Shown here one piece after another: positions 19,529 through 29,100 of a stretch of 64,000 nt of DNA; within the stretch, counting starts at the first letter, position 1, and each line of letters starts with the position of its first letter. The position numbers and the translations under genes were made by a program. The DNA is taken from contig JAXDKT010000061.1 in NCBI GenBank assembly GCA_034666965.1, positions 457 to 64,456 of the forward strand, written 5' to 3'. The notes under the pieces are model-generated. The model searched no databases. It was not told the DNA's origin and worked only from the letters and a program-made list of their open reading frames with translations. The stretch comes from Chloroflexota bacterium. GTDB lineage: Bacteria > Chloroflexota > Limnocylindria > Limnocylindrales > CSP1-4.

Positions 19529-19604
19529 GGGGGAGTAGCTCAGTGGTGAGAGCAGCCGTCTTATACACGGCCGGTCCCTGGTTCGAATCCAGGCTCCCCT
19601 ACCA
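19529..19604 (+). tRNA. tRNA, anticodon UAU (reads AUA; Ile-type), 76 nt including encoded CCA
   Basis: Hand-folded cloverleaf: acceptor GGGGGAG/CTCCCCT (G1-U72), D-arm GCTC-AGTGGTGA-GAGC, anticodon arm GCCGT-CTTATAC-ACGGC (U33, anticodon TAT, A37), variable loop CGGTC, T-arm CCTGG-TTCGAAT-CCAGG, discriminator A, CCA. Confidence 0.8.
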
Positions 19605-19646
19605 ATCCTCGACGGTCCGCGGTCGGCTGACGCCCGCAATCGGCGC

Positions 19647-20957
19647 GTGGTACGAATCGGCCGAATGAACGCTCGACGTCCGGCCCGCCCCCGCTGGCAC
19701 TACGCCTTCGTCGTCGCCGCGATCACGTTCGTCGTGATCCTGGTGACGGCCGGGGTACGCGCCGCGCCCGGGGTCCTGATCCGACCGTTCGAGGCGGAGT
19801 ACGGCTGGAACCGCGGGAGCATCTCGCTGGCGGTGGCCCTCAGCATCCTGGCCTATGGCTTTGGCGCGCCGTTGGCCGGGGGCCTCATCGACCGCTTCGG
19901 CCCGCGTCGGATCGCTATCGTCGGCTGCGCCCTGATCGCCGCGGGCCTCCTGCCGATGTTGTGGATGACCGCGGAATGGCAGCTCTTCCTGTTCTGGGGT
20001 CTGGTCGTCGGGATCGGTACGGGCGCCATCGGCGGCGTGCTCGGAGCGACCGTCGCCACCCGCTGGTTCCGATCCCATCGGGGGATGGTCGTGGGCCTAT
20101 TCTCCGCCGCCTCGTCGATGGGCCAGCTCATCTTTCTGCCATCGCTGGTCGGGCTGACCGTCGCCGCCGGCTGGCGTGTGGCGATCGGGGCCCTCGCCAT
20201 TGCGGTCCTGATCGCGGCCGTGCCCACGCTGATCCTGCTGCGCGATCGTCCCGCCGACCTGGGCCTCCAGCCGTACGGCGACGATGGCTCGGACGCCGCC
20301 GCCGAGACCGAGCGTGTGGAAGCGGCCCAGGGCGCGACCCTCCGTGAGGCCGTTTACACGCGCGACTTCTGGCTGCTCGCCGCGAGCTTCTTCGTATGCG
20401 GGTTCACCTCCAACGGCCTCATCGGGACCCACCTCATCCCGCACGCGGTCGAGCACGGCTTCACCGAGGTGACGGCCGCCAGCGCCGTCGGGCTGATGGG
20501 CATGATGAACGTGGTCGGCACCCTCTCGAGCGGGTGGCTCACCGATCGCTACGACAACCGCAAGCTGCTGGCGGCCTACTACGGCTTCCGGGCGCTGTCG
20601 ATCGCCTTCCTGCCGGTGATCCTGGCGGTGCCCTGGCTGTTCGTCTTTGCCGTCGTCTACGGCCTCGACTGGATCGCCACCGTGCCGCCGACGGTCAACC
20701 TGACCGCGCGGCTGTATGGGCGCGCCAACATGGGCACGATCTACGGCTGGATCTTCGCCGCGCACATGATCGGCGCGGCTCTGGCGGCCTACCTCGGCGG
20801 CGCCATCCACGACGCCCTGGGCGACTACACCTCGATCTTCCTGGCCGCCAGCGTGCTTGGCTTCATCGCCGCGGGGCTGGCGCTGCGGATCTCCGTGCCC
20901 GGTCGGCCCGATCGCTCGACCACGACCACACCGACCCCGACCACGGTGGCGGCCTGA
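19647..20957 (+). CDS. MFS transporter (oxalate:formate antiporter-like family)
   Basis: 436 aa, 12 predicted TM helices with MFS signature loops (GLIDRFGPRR, GWLTDRYDNRK). Start is GTG 19647 or ATG 19665. Confidence 0.85.
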   Translation: MVRIGRMNARRPARPRWHYAFVVAAITFVVILVTAGVRAAPGVLIRPFEAEYGWNRGSISLAVALSILAYGFGAPLAGGLIDRFGPRRIAIVGCALIAAGLLPMLWMTAEWQLFLFWGLVVGIGTGAIGGVLGATVATRWFRSHRGMVVGLFSAASSMGQLIFLPSLVGLTVAAGWRVAIGALAIAVLIAAVPTLILLRDRPADLGLQPYGDDGSDAAAETERVEAAQGATLREAVYTRDFWLLAASFFVCGFTSNGLIGTHLIPHAVEHGFTEVTAASAVGLMGMMNVVGTLSSGWLTDRYDNRKLLAAYYGFRALSIAFLPVILAVPWLFVFAVVYGLDWIATVPPTVNLTARLYGRANMGTIYGWIFAAHMIGAALAAYLGGAIHDALGDYTSIFLAASVLGFIAAGLALRISVPGRPDRSTTTTPTPTTVAA

Positions 20958-21029
20958 CCGGGGCGCCAGGTTGCGCATCCGGCCGCTCGACGGCGCTCGG
21001 GTGCGGACCGTGCCACAGCCGGGCTCGGG

Positions 21030-21950
21030 CTACCAGGGCAGGAGCTGGCGCAGGGCGAAGATGACGTTGGCCGGGCGCTCGGCCAGACGGCGCATGTACC
21101 ACGGGTACCAGTGCTCGCCGTAGGCGATCAGGCAGCGGACGTCGAACCCGCGTGCGGCCAGCCGGCGTTGCTGATCGACCCGGATCCCATAGAGCATCTC
21201 GACCTCGAGCTGGCGCGGCTCGAGGCCGATGGCCCGGCCGAACCGGGCGATCTGCTCGATGAGCTCGACGTCGTGGGTCCCGGCCATGAACCGGGCGCTC
21301 CCCGCGCGGACGGCGGGCGCGAACGTTGCGGCGATGGCCAGGAACGCGGCGTCGACCTCGTGCCTGGCGCGATACGCGATCGTCGCGGGCTCGTCGTAGG
21401 CGCCCTTGACCAACCGGATGGCGGGCTTGATCGGGAGCAACCGCTGGACATCGGCCGGGGTCCGGTGGAGGTACGCCTGGAGGCACAGCCCGACGTTGTG
21501 GTGGGCCGCGCGAGCACGCTCGTAGAAGGCGATCGTGCCCTCCACGTAGGCACCGCCCTCCATGTCGATCCAGACCCAGGTCCCGACTTCAGCCGCCCGT
21601 CGGGCGATCGCGTCGATGTGGCCGAAGGCCGTCTCGACATCCAGGTCGTAGCCGAGCTGGGTCAGCTTGATCGAGACCTCGGCGTCGAGGCCGCGAGCGG
21701 CGATCTCATCGAGGACCGCCAGATAGTGGCCGGCCACGGCGTGCGCCTCGGCCAGATCGGTGACGTTCTCGCCGAGCCTGGTGAAGGCCGCCGTGACACC
21801 GCTCTGACGGGTCGCCTCGGCGGCGGCGATGGCGGCCGCCAGATCCTCGCCGGGCATGAAGCTGCGAACCGCCCGGCGGACGAAACCCAGCCGTGGGATC
21901 CGCTCCTTGAGCCAGGAGTTGCGCGCCATCCAGAGCAGGATCGTCCGCAC
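21030..21950 (-). CDS. Proline dehydrogenase (monofunctional PRODH)
   Basis: 306 aa (…VWIDMEGGAYVEGT…LQAYLHRT…IRLVKGAYDEP…) is the PutA PRODH TIM-barrel signature. Confidence 0.85.
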   Translation of the reverse strand: MRTILLWMARNSWLKERIPRLGFVRRAVRSFMPGEDLAAAIAAAEATRQSGVTAAFTRLGENVTDLAEAHAVAGHYLAVLDEIAARGLDAEVSIKLTQLGYDLDVETAFGHIDAIARRAAEVGTWVWIDMEGGAYVEGTIAFYERARAAHHNVGLCLQAYLHRTPADVQRLLPIKPAIRLVKGAYDEPATIAYRARHEVDAAFLAIAATFAPAVRAGSARFMAGTHDVELIEQIARFGRAIGLEPRQLEVEMLYGIRVDQQRRLAARGFDVRCLIAYGEHWYPWYMRRLAERPANVIFALRQLLPW

Positions 21951-22017
21951 GTCTCACCTCGTGACTCGGCGCCGACAGCTGAAGAGTAGCGTCGCCGGAC
22001 ACTATCCTGCGGTGGCC

Positions 22018-22863
22018 ATGCGCGATCGGATCGAATCCTCCCCGGTGCCCCGTTCCGACCCCGCGTCCGACGGACCGCCGGCCGATGAGCCCGGACCGAC
22101 CGGACTGACCGAGCAGGCGATCTTCAACCGGGACGCGTGGAACCGCGATGCCGACGACTATCAGGCTCGCAACGGCCCGTTCATCGAAGCCCGGGGCGGG
22201 CTGGCCTGGGGTGTCTGGCAGCTCCCCGAAGGGGAGCTTCGGATCCTCGGCGAGACCGCCGGTCGCGACATCCTCGAGCTCGGCTGCGGGGCGGCCCAGT
22301 GGTCGATCGGCCTGGCCCGGGCGGGCGCCCATCCCGTCGGGCTGGACCTGTCCGAGCGTCAGCTGGAGCACGCTCGGCGGTTGATGGCGGAGGCCGGGGT
22401 CGACTTCCCCCTCGTTCATGCCAGCGCCGAGGCGGTGCCCCTGCCCGACCGGAGCTTCGACATCGTCTTCTGCGATCACGGCGCGATGTCCTTCGCGGAC
22501 CCGTACCTGACCGTGCCCGAGGTCGCCCGGCTGACCCGGCCCGGCGGGCTGTTCGCGTTCAGCCATGCGTCGGCGTTCATCGACATGACCTGGCCGGAAG
22601 ACGCGGAGCGCGCCGGCGACCGGCTCACGCGGGATTACTTCGGGATGCACCGCCTGGACTACGAAGACGAGATCGCCTTCCAGCTCCCATACGGCGAGTG
22701 GATCCGGCTGTTCCGGGCCAATGGCTTCGAGATCCTGGACCTCATCGAGCCGCGGCCGGCCGAGGATGCGACCAGCTCCTATCGAGACGAGATCGAGCGT
22801 GAGTGGTCGCGTCGCTGGCCGGCCGAATCCATCTGGCGACTGCGTCGGGCTGGCGGCTCATGA
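22018..22863 (+). CDS. Class I SAM-dependent methyltransferase
   Basis: Motif I ILELGCGAAQWS, motif post-I VGLDLS, motif II FDIVFCDHGAM. The track ORF starts at 21829; MRDRIESS… chosen as start. Confidence 0.8.
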   Translation: MRDRIESSPVPRSDPASDGPPADEPGPTGLTEQAIFNRDAWNRDADDYQARNGPFIEARGGLAWGVWQLPEGELRILGETAGRDILELGCGAAQWSIGLARAGAHPVGLDLSERQLEHARRLMAEAGVDFPLVHASAEAVPLPDRSFDIVFCDHGAMSFADPYLTVPEVARLTRPGGLFAFSHASAFIDMTWPEDAERAGDRLTRDYFGMHRLDYEDEIAFQLPYGEWIRLFRANGFEILDLIEPRPAEDATSSYRDEIEREWSRRWPAESIWRLRRAGGS

Positions 22864-23624
22864 CGGCCGAGTCTGGGACCGGACCGCTCGCCGGCCGGGT
22901 GGCGCTGGTCACCGGTGCGGCCGGTGGGATCGGGCTGGCCACCGCTCGACGGCTCGCCGTCGACGGCGCCTCGGTCGGCTGTGTCGACCGCGACACCGCG
23001 CGCCTCGCGGCCGCCGTCGACGGACTGGTGGCCGACGGCCACCGCGCGCTGGCGCTGTCCGCCGATGTCACCGACCCGGCGGCGGTCGACAGCGCGGTGG
23101 CGGCACTCGTCGCGGGCTTCGGGCCTCCGGTGGTTCTGGTCAACAACGCCGGCATCGGCGGCGAGGGTCGGTTCGCTGACATCTCGTTCGAGCAGTGGCG
23201 ACGCGTGCTCGACGTCCACCTCGACGGTGCCTTCCACGTGACCAGGGCCGTCCTGCCCGGGATGATCCGGACCGGCTGGGGCCGGATCGTGAACGTCAGC
23301 TCGGAATCGGTCTGGCTTGGCAACACCAGCGTGCAGTACGCCACGGCCAAGGCCGGGCTGGTCGGCTTCACCCGTGCGCTGGCCCGCCAGGTGGCCGGCG
23401 ACGGGATCACGGTCAATGCCGTGGCCCCGGGGCCGGTCGAGACCGCGATGCTGTTCGGCTCGCCACCCGAGCACGTCGAGGCCGAGCGCCGGACCGTCCT
23501 CATCGGCCGCTTTCTGGTCCCCGACGAAATCGCGGCAACGGTCGCGTTCCTGGCCGGGCCGGGCGGCGACGCCTACGTCGGACAGGTCCTGTCCCCGAAC
23601 GGCGGGACGGTCTTCCCGGGCTGA
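22860..23624 (+). CDS. SDR-family oxidoreductase (FabG-like 3-oxoacyl reductase)
   Basis: TGAAGGIG cofactor motif, NNAG, catalytic YATAKAG (Y-x3-K). ATGA overlap with the upstream methyltransferase gene. Confidence 0.9.
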   Translation: MTAESGTGPLAGRVALVTGAAGGIGLATARRLAVDGASVGCVDRDTARLAAAVDGLVADGHRALALSADVTDPAAVDSAVAALVAGFGPPVVLVNNAGIGGEGRFADISFEQWRRVLDVHLDGAFHVTRAVLPGMIRTGWGRIVNVSSESVWLGNTSVQYATAKAGLVGFTRALARQVAGDGITVNAVAPGPVETAMLFGSPPEHVEAERRTVLIGRFLVPDEIAATVAFLAGPGGDAYVGQVLSPNGGTVFPG

Positions 23625-23647
23625 CCAGCCGAGCCGCCGCCGGCCGC

Positions 23648-24400
23648 TCAGGCCGCGGCGCGGACGATCGCGACGATCTGGGCGCGACGATCCGGGCTGA
23701 AGCCGCGTTGGACCGGCAGCGAGCGGAGATAGGCCGGCACCTGCTCGCGACTGACCACCGCGCAGGTCGGCGAGCGGGCGATCGAGCTGGGGTCCGAGGT
23801 CACAACAGCGGCGTGGATCCGGACCACGAAGCCCCGGTCTTCGTTCGTCAGCCAGTGGCGCACGCGGTCGGCGGAACGGACCGCGTGCTCCAAGGGATTC
23901 TCGAGCGGGATCCAGCGATCCCTGCCGGCTCGCAGCTCCCAGCGCCCCTCCTGCGTTCGGACCAGGGCCGGCGGTGGCATCGGCTCGAAGACCGCCAGCC
24001 CGTGCGGTCCGACGACGATCTCCACCACCGTCCGTCCGTCGGGCAGCCGGACGTTGCTGGCCGCGGCGTACTCCGGGCCGAGGAACCGGGCCAGGCTCAC
24101 CGTCGGGTGGGGCTTGGTGCGCATGATCGAGGCCTGCCTGGCCGCGTTGGCGAGCCAGGCCATCCCGGCGATGGCGGCCGTGACCGGGGCGACGACGAGG
24201 AGGGTCCCGCCGAGGGCGTCGGTCACGGTCCGAACCGAGCTCGAGTGCGGCTCCGGGATGAACCGCCGGCTGAACGGTGTGGCCAGGGCGAGATAGGCCA
24301 GTGCTGCCCCAAGGCCGATGAGGAGGAGACCGATGATCGCGCCCGCGAGGATCGAGCGGCGAGAACCGGCGGCCACCGGCTGGGAATGGAGCACCTGCAT
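23648..24400 (-). CDS. Membrane-anchored NERD (nuclease-related) domain protein
   Basis: Two N-terminal TM helices, then …LPDGRTVVEIVVGPHGLAVFEPM…RTQEGRWELRAG…LENPLEHAVRSADRVRHWL…VVRIHAAVV…, which resembles the NERD fold. The ORF extends to 24442. Confidence 0.55.
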   Translation of the reverse strand: MQVLHSQPVAAGSRRSILAGAIIGLLLIGLGAALAYLALATPFSRRFIPEPHSSSVRTVTDALGGTLLVVAPVTAAIAGMAWLANAARQASIMRTKPHPTVSLARFLGPEYAAASNVRLPDGRTVVEIVVGPHGLAVFEPMPPPALVRTQEGRWELRAGRDRWIPLENPLEHAVRSADRVRHWLTNEDRGFVVRIHAAVVTSDPSSIARSPTCAVVSREQVPAYLRSLPVQRGFSPDRRAQIVAIVRAAA

Positions 24401-24563
24401 ACCCGTAGCCTCCCGCAGGCAGCGCAGCGGCGCCATCACCAATCCGACCTAGCCAGACGATGCCGTCGGGACCAGTCGCGCTACCGGAGCCCACCGCACC
24501 GCCCCGACCGGCGCGCCGGCGGGTCGGCGCAAGCTGACCCGCGCCTCATGGGGCCGGCCCCGC

Positions 24564-25532
24564 TCAGCGGTCGCGCCGCAGGACCAGGATGTGCTGGTGG
24601 GCGATGTTGGGCACGAAGGCGTTGGGGTAGCCATACGGACGCAGGCGCGTCCCGGCCTGATACCAGACCAGGTCGCCCTTGGGGATCAGCCCCACCCGTT
24701 GGGCACGTTCGGCCAGGTCCGCGGCGGTGAACAGATAGCGGCCATCCTGGTAGGCGTCGCGCACGATCACGACGGCGTAGCGCCGGGGCCGGACGACGCG
24801 CCGGCACTCAGCCAGGACGGCCTCCATGCGGTCCAGGAAGGTGGCGTAGTCGGGGCTATTGGCGAGGTCGGCCGGATCGTCGCTGACCATGGCGTAATCG
24901 GTCCGACGGTTGGCGTGGGATTCGGCCAGCTTGCCGCCGGCCATCGTCAGCGGCAGTTGCACGTTGTAGGGCGGATCCATGGCGACCAGATCGACCGAGG
25001 CCTCGGGCAGGGTCGGCAGGATCGTCAGCGCATCGCCCTGGCGCATCTCGAGCCCCGCCGGATCGAACGTCCGAGCCCCGCCAGGGTCGCTTGGGCCGAG
25101 GTTGGCCAGGATCGGGCCTTGGCCGTCGCGTTCGGCCGACAGCTCGGCGACGACGGTCCGGTAGACATCCACCCAGCGTGGGTCGAGCTCGACACCGAGC
25201 GCTCGCCGGGGGCGCTGGGCGATGGCCGCCCCGAGGAGGGTCCCGCCGACCCCGGCGAATGGATCCAGAACCAGCTCACCGGACTTGCTGAAGAATTCGA
25301 TCAGCCGGCACATCAGCCGGGGGGGCTTGTTGGCGCCGTGCGCCTTGCGCAGCCCGTGTCCGAGCTCGGACGGATACGCCGTCGACCAGACCGACTTGGT
25401 GAAGTACAGCCACTCCTCGCCGGATAGCTCGTTGAGGGCATTGGCCGAGTGCGGGCTCCCCCGCCCGGCGGGGCGGGCGGGCAGCTCCGTGGGTAGCTCG
25501 ATCGGAGGCACAGCGTCAGCGCGATCGGCCAT
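24564..25532 (-). CDS. DNA methyltransferase (N6-adenine/N4-cytosine 'DNA methylase N-4/N-6' type, DPPY motif)
   Basis: 322 aa. …HGANKPPRLMCRLIEFFSKSGELVLDPFAGVGGT… (AdoMet motif I region with the conserved KP…L) followed about 90 aa later by MDPPYN (motif IV). Same strand and 120 nt upstream of the NERD gene. Confidence 0.75.
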   Translation of the reverse strand: MADRADAVPPIELPTELPARPAGRGSPHSANALNELSGEEWLYFTKSVWSTAYPSELGHGLRKAHGANKPPRLMCRLIEFFSKSGELVLDPFAGVGGTLLGAAIAQRPRRALGVELDPRWVDVYRTVVAELSAERDGQGPILANLGPSDPGGARTFDPAGLEMRQGDALTILPTLPEASVDLVAMDPPYNVQLPLTMAGGKLAESHANRRTDYAMVSDDPADLANSPDYATFLDRMEAVLAECRRVVRPRRYAVVIVRDAYQDGRYLFTAADLAERAQRVGLIPKGDLVWYQAGTRLRPYGYPNAFVPNIAHQHILVLRRDR

Positions 25533-25663
25533 GCGATCAGCCTAGCGGTTCGCGCCAGCGGCGGGCAGCCGAGCCGCGGCCCGAAGCGGCGGACCCCCGG
25601 GGAGGGGCCCAGGGGTCCGAGAGAGGGGCGTGGGGAGCGTCGGGAACGGACTCCCGGCGAGGA

Positions 25664-26050
25664 TCAGGCGGTGGCCGTCTGACCCCGGGACATCCAGCCC
25701 ACCGCGAGGCTGATCACCGCCAGCCCGAGGTGCAGACCGTGGTCGGCATTCGAGACGGGGTACCCGTTGCCGAGGATCCCGAACAGCGTCGGGCTGACGA
25801 GCAGCAGGACGAAGATGACGAGATACAGCACGCCGATCCCGATCACGCCCATGGCCTGCTGTTCGCCGCGCAGGCCGAACGCCACCCACAGGGCGAGCAA
25901 TCCGGTGGCCAGGTGGACGATGTTGTGGACCGGCCCGGTCACGAAGATCGCGTTGGTATCGCCGACGATCGGGTTGGAGATGAACCCAAGCAGGCCGACC
26001 GCAACGAGCACGACGCCGATGAGGGTCGCGTAGGGCTTGGCGTACGACAT
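25664..26050 (-). CDS. DUF4383-family small membrane protein
   Basis: About 128 aa with 4 TM helices. Start taken at MSYAKPYA…; the ORF extends to 26095. Confidence 0.6.
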   Translation of the reverse strand: MSYAKPYATLIGVVLVAVGLLGFISNPIVGDTNAIFVTGPVHNIVHLATGLLALWVAFGLRGEQQAMGVIGIGVLYLVIFVLLLVSPTLFGILGNGYPVSNADHGLHLGLAVISLAVGWMSRGQTATA

Positions 26051-26181
26051 CCTGTCCCTCCTCTTGCTGGCGCCCTTGATGGCGCTTCCTGACAACGGTA
26101 CGCGCGTTCGGCCACGATGGATGACGCGCCATTCGGGACGGCGCCTGCTTCTCGACGAGGGACGCCCGCCTAGAATGGCGC

Positions 26182-29100
26182 ATGGCCGCCAGGTTCACGA
26201 GCGCGCGGTTCGTCGGCAGGCAGCGGGAGCTTGCCCGTCTTGCCGACGCGCTCGAGTCGGCCGTCGACGGACATTCATCGACCCTCCTGATCTCCGGCAG
26301 CGGTGGCCTGGGCGCCAGTCGCCTCCTCGACGAGGCAGAGCGACGGATCGCCCTCCTGCCAGAGCCCCTCGTCGTCATCCGCTGTCGGGCGCGCCCCGGC
26401 CGGGTCGGGGATCCCTACGCTCCAGTGGCCGCCGGGCTCGAGCGGCTGGTCGCCGATCTGCCCGATGACGAGCTCGCCCGGGTCGCCGGGACCGGCGTCG
26501 AGGAGCTCGGCCAGCTTTTGCCCGGGATCGTCGAGCGCCTCGGCCGTCTGGGGGTGCTGCCCGCTCGACCGGCTGTGACCGACCCCGAGCGGCGCCAGAC
26601 CAGGATGCTCGAGTCGATCCTGGGCATGCTCAACCGGATCGGCGAGCGGACCCCTGTCGTGATCGCGCTCGAGGACCTCCAGTCGGCCGACGCCGGGACC
26701 CGGGCCCTGGCCACCTTCCTGGCCCGAGTCTCGCGTCCCGGCCGGCTATGCGTGCTGGCCACCTATCAGCCCGATGAGCTGATCCGCAGCCACCCGCTCC
26801 GCGCGGCCCTGGCGGACATGGCCGAGGGCAACGATCCGCCGGCCGAGCTGCCCCTTCGGCCGTTCGACCGCGACGAGCTGGCCGAGCTCATCGAGGCGAT
26901 CGAGGGCAATCCGCCCTCGGCATCGGTCCTCCTCCTCGTCGCCGAGCGGTCGCGCGGGAATGCGCTCGTCGCCGAAGAGCTGCTGGCCGCAAGGCGCGAG
27001 CTGGCGGGCACGTCCCTGACCGGCTCGCTCGACGAGCTGGTGATGGCCCGCCTCGCCCAGCGCACGCCCGAATGCCGCAGGATCCTGCGGCTGCTGGCTC
27101 CGGCCGGCGAGCCGCTCCGGATCGACGAGCTGGCGGCGGCCTCGGCCGCCTTCGAGCGCAGCGCGGAACGCCCCGCTCCGCGTTCGAGCGGCGTCCCGCG
27201 GCGCGGCGGCGGCATCCTCGATCCAGACCTGACGGTCGGACTGGTCGAAGCCATCGAGCACGGCTTCGTCGCTCTTGACCCCGGCCCGAACCGAACGTCC
27301 GAATCGCCGGAGGCCCCGACCGGCTCCGACGACGGCTCGGGGTTCACGCCCGGCGACCTGGCGACGCTCCCGGCGGAAACCACAATCGGGTTCCGCCACG
27401 AGCTGATCGCGCGGGCGGTGGAGGCCGACCTGCTCCCGCCCCAGCGGCGGCGTCACCATGCCGCACTCGCTGCCGGTCTGGGCGCGCGACCCGGCTCCCG
27501 GGCGCGCCATCACATGGCCGCCCACGAGCCCGGCCCGGCCCGGGCCGCCGCGATCGAGGCCGCGGCGCTGGCCGAGGCCATGGACGCCCCCGGCGACACC
27601 CTGGCCCACCTCGAGCTGGCCCTCGAGCTCGACGACCGGACGATTCCGCCGGAGGGCTCCGCCGACCCGGCCGCACCGGCTGGGCTCCTGGCCCGGGCGG
27701 CTGACGCGGCGTTCGCGGACGCCCGCCCCATCCGGGCAGCGGCCTATGCCGAGTCGGCCATTGCCCGACTCGACGAGCGCACCCACCGGGTGGCCCTGGC
27801 GCTCCTCCACGAGCGACTGGGCCGCTATCGTCGGGCGGCCGGCGACACGGACGGCTCGATCGTCGCGCACCGTCGGGCGCTGCGCCTGATCCCGGCCAGT
27901 CCGACCCGGGAGCGGGCCCTGATCCTGGCTTCGCTCGCCCAGGTCCGCATGCTCGAGGGCATGTTCAGCGAGTCCGAGCGACTGTGCCGCGAAGCGATCG
28001 AGGTGGCCCGGATCGTGGGTCCGGCGGCGCGCGGTGAGGAGGGCCACGCGATCTGCACGCTGGGCATCTCGCGAGCTTGGGGCGAGGAGCCCGAGGCGGG
28101 CGTGGCCCTTCTCCGCGAGGCTCGCCAGATCGCCCAGGAGCTGGGCCGACTCGACGACATCTTCCGGGCCACGGCCAATCTGACCACCGCGCTGGATCTG
28201 CTCGGTCGCCGCCGCGAGGCGGTCGACGTGGCCATGGCCGGGATCGAGGAGGCGCGATCGGCCGGTCAGGAAGCGACCTATGGCAACTTCCTGCGCGGCA
28301 ATGGAGCCGACTCGCTGTTCCTCCTTGGCCGCTGGGACGAGTCGCGCCAGCTCGGCGAGACTGCCCTCGAGTGGAGCCCGGTCGGGGTGGCCTACGTCAA
28401 TGCTGTGACCAACCTGGCCATCGTCGAGGTCGAGTCTCGGGCGGGCGAGCGCGCCGGGCGGCTCCTTGGCCGACTCCTGCTCGAGCTCGAGACCGTGCCC
28501 GACGCCCAGAACTCGGTGCCCGCCTACCGGGCGGCCGCTTCGTTCGCCCTCTGGCGCGGCGACCTCGAGGACGCGCGCCGCGTGGTCGACCTGGGCTGGG
28601 CTCCCATTCGCGACACCGAGGATTGGGTGTTGATCGCCAAGATGGCCGCCTCGGTCGTCGAGACGGATGCGGCGGTGATCGCGGACGCTCGCGACCGGCG
28701 CGACCTCCCGGCACTGGCCTCGGCTCGCGAGCGATCGCGCGAGGTCCTCACCGCCGCCCAGGACGCGGTCGCCCGGGCGGGCGTGGCCCGCACGATCGGC
28801 TCGCGGCGCGAGGCGGACGCGCATCTCGCGACGGCCCGCGCCTTCCAGGCGCGCTTCGACGGCCGCGACGATCCGAGCGCGTGGGATGCCCTGGCCCGAA
28901 CCTGGGAGTCGCTCGAGATGCCCTACCAGGTCGCCCGCGCCCGCTGGCACCAGGCGGAGGCGGCATTGGCGGCTGGCGACGGGCGGTCGGGTCGAGGCAC
29001 GGCGCGCCGGCCGCTCCTGGACGCAGTCCGGCTGGCGCGCGAGCTCGGGGCACGACCACTCCTGCGCGAGCTGCAGGAACTGGCCGGCCGAGCTCGGATC

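Noticed and set aside
19605-26050. Possible genomic island integrated at the tRNA (MFS, PRODH, methyltransferase, SDR, NERD, DNA MTase, DUF4383)
   Set aside because: There is no integrase/recombinase and no transposase. I could not find a direct repeat of the tRNA 3' end downstream. The genes look metabolically ordinary with the same codon bias as flanks. Kept only as a remark under the tRNA finding.
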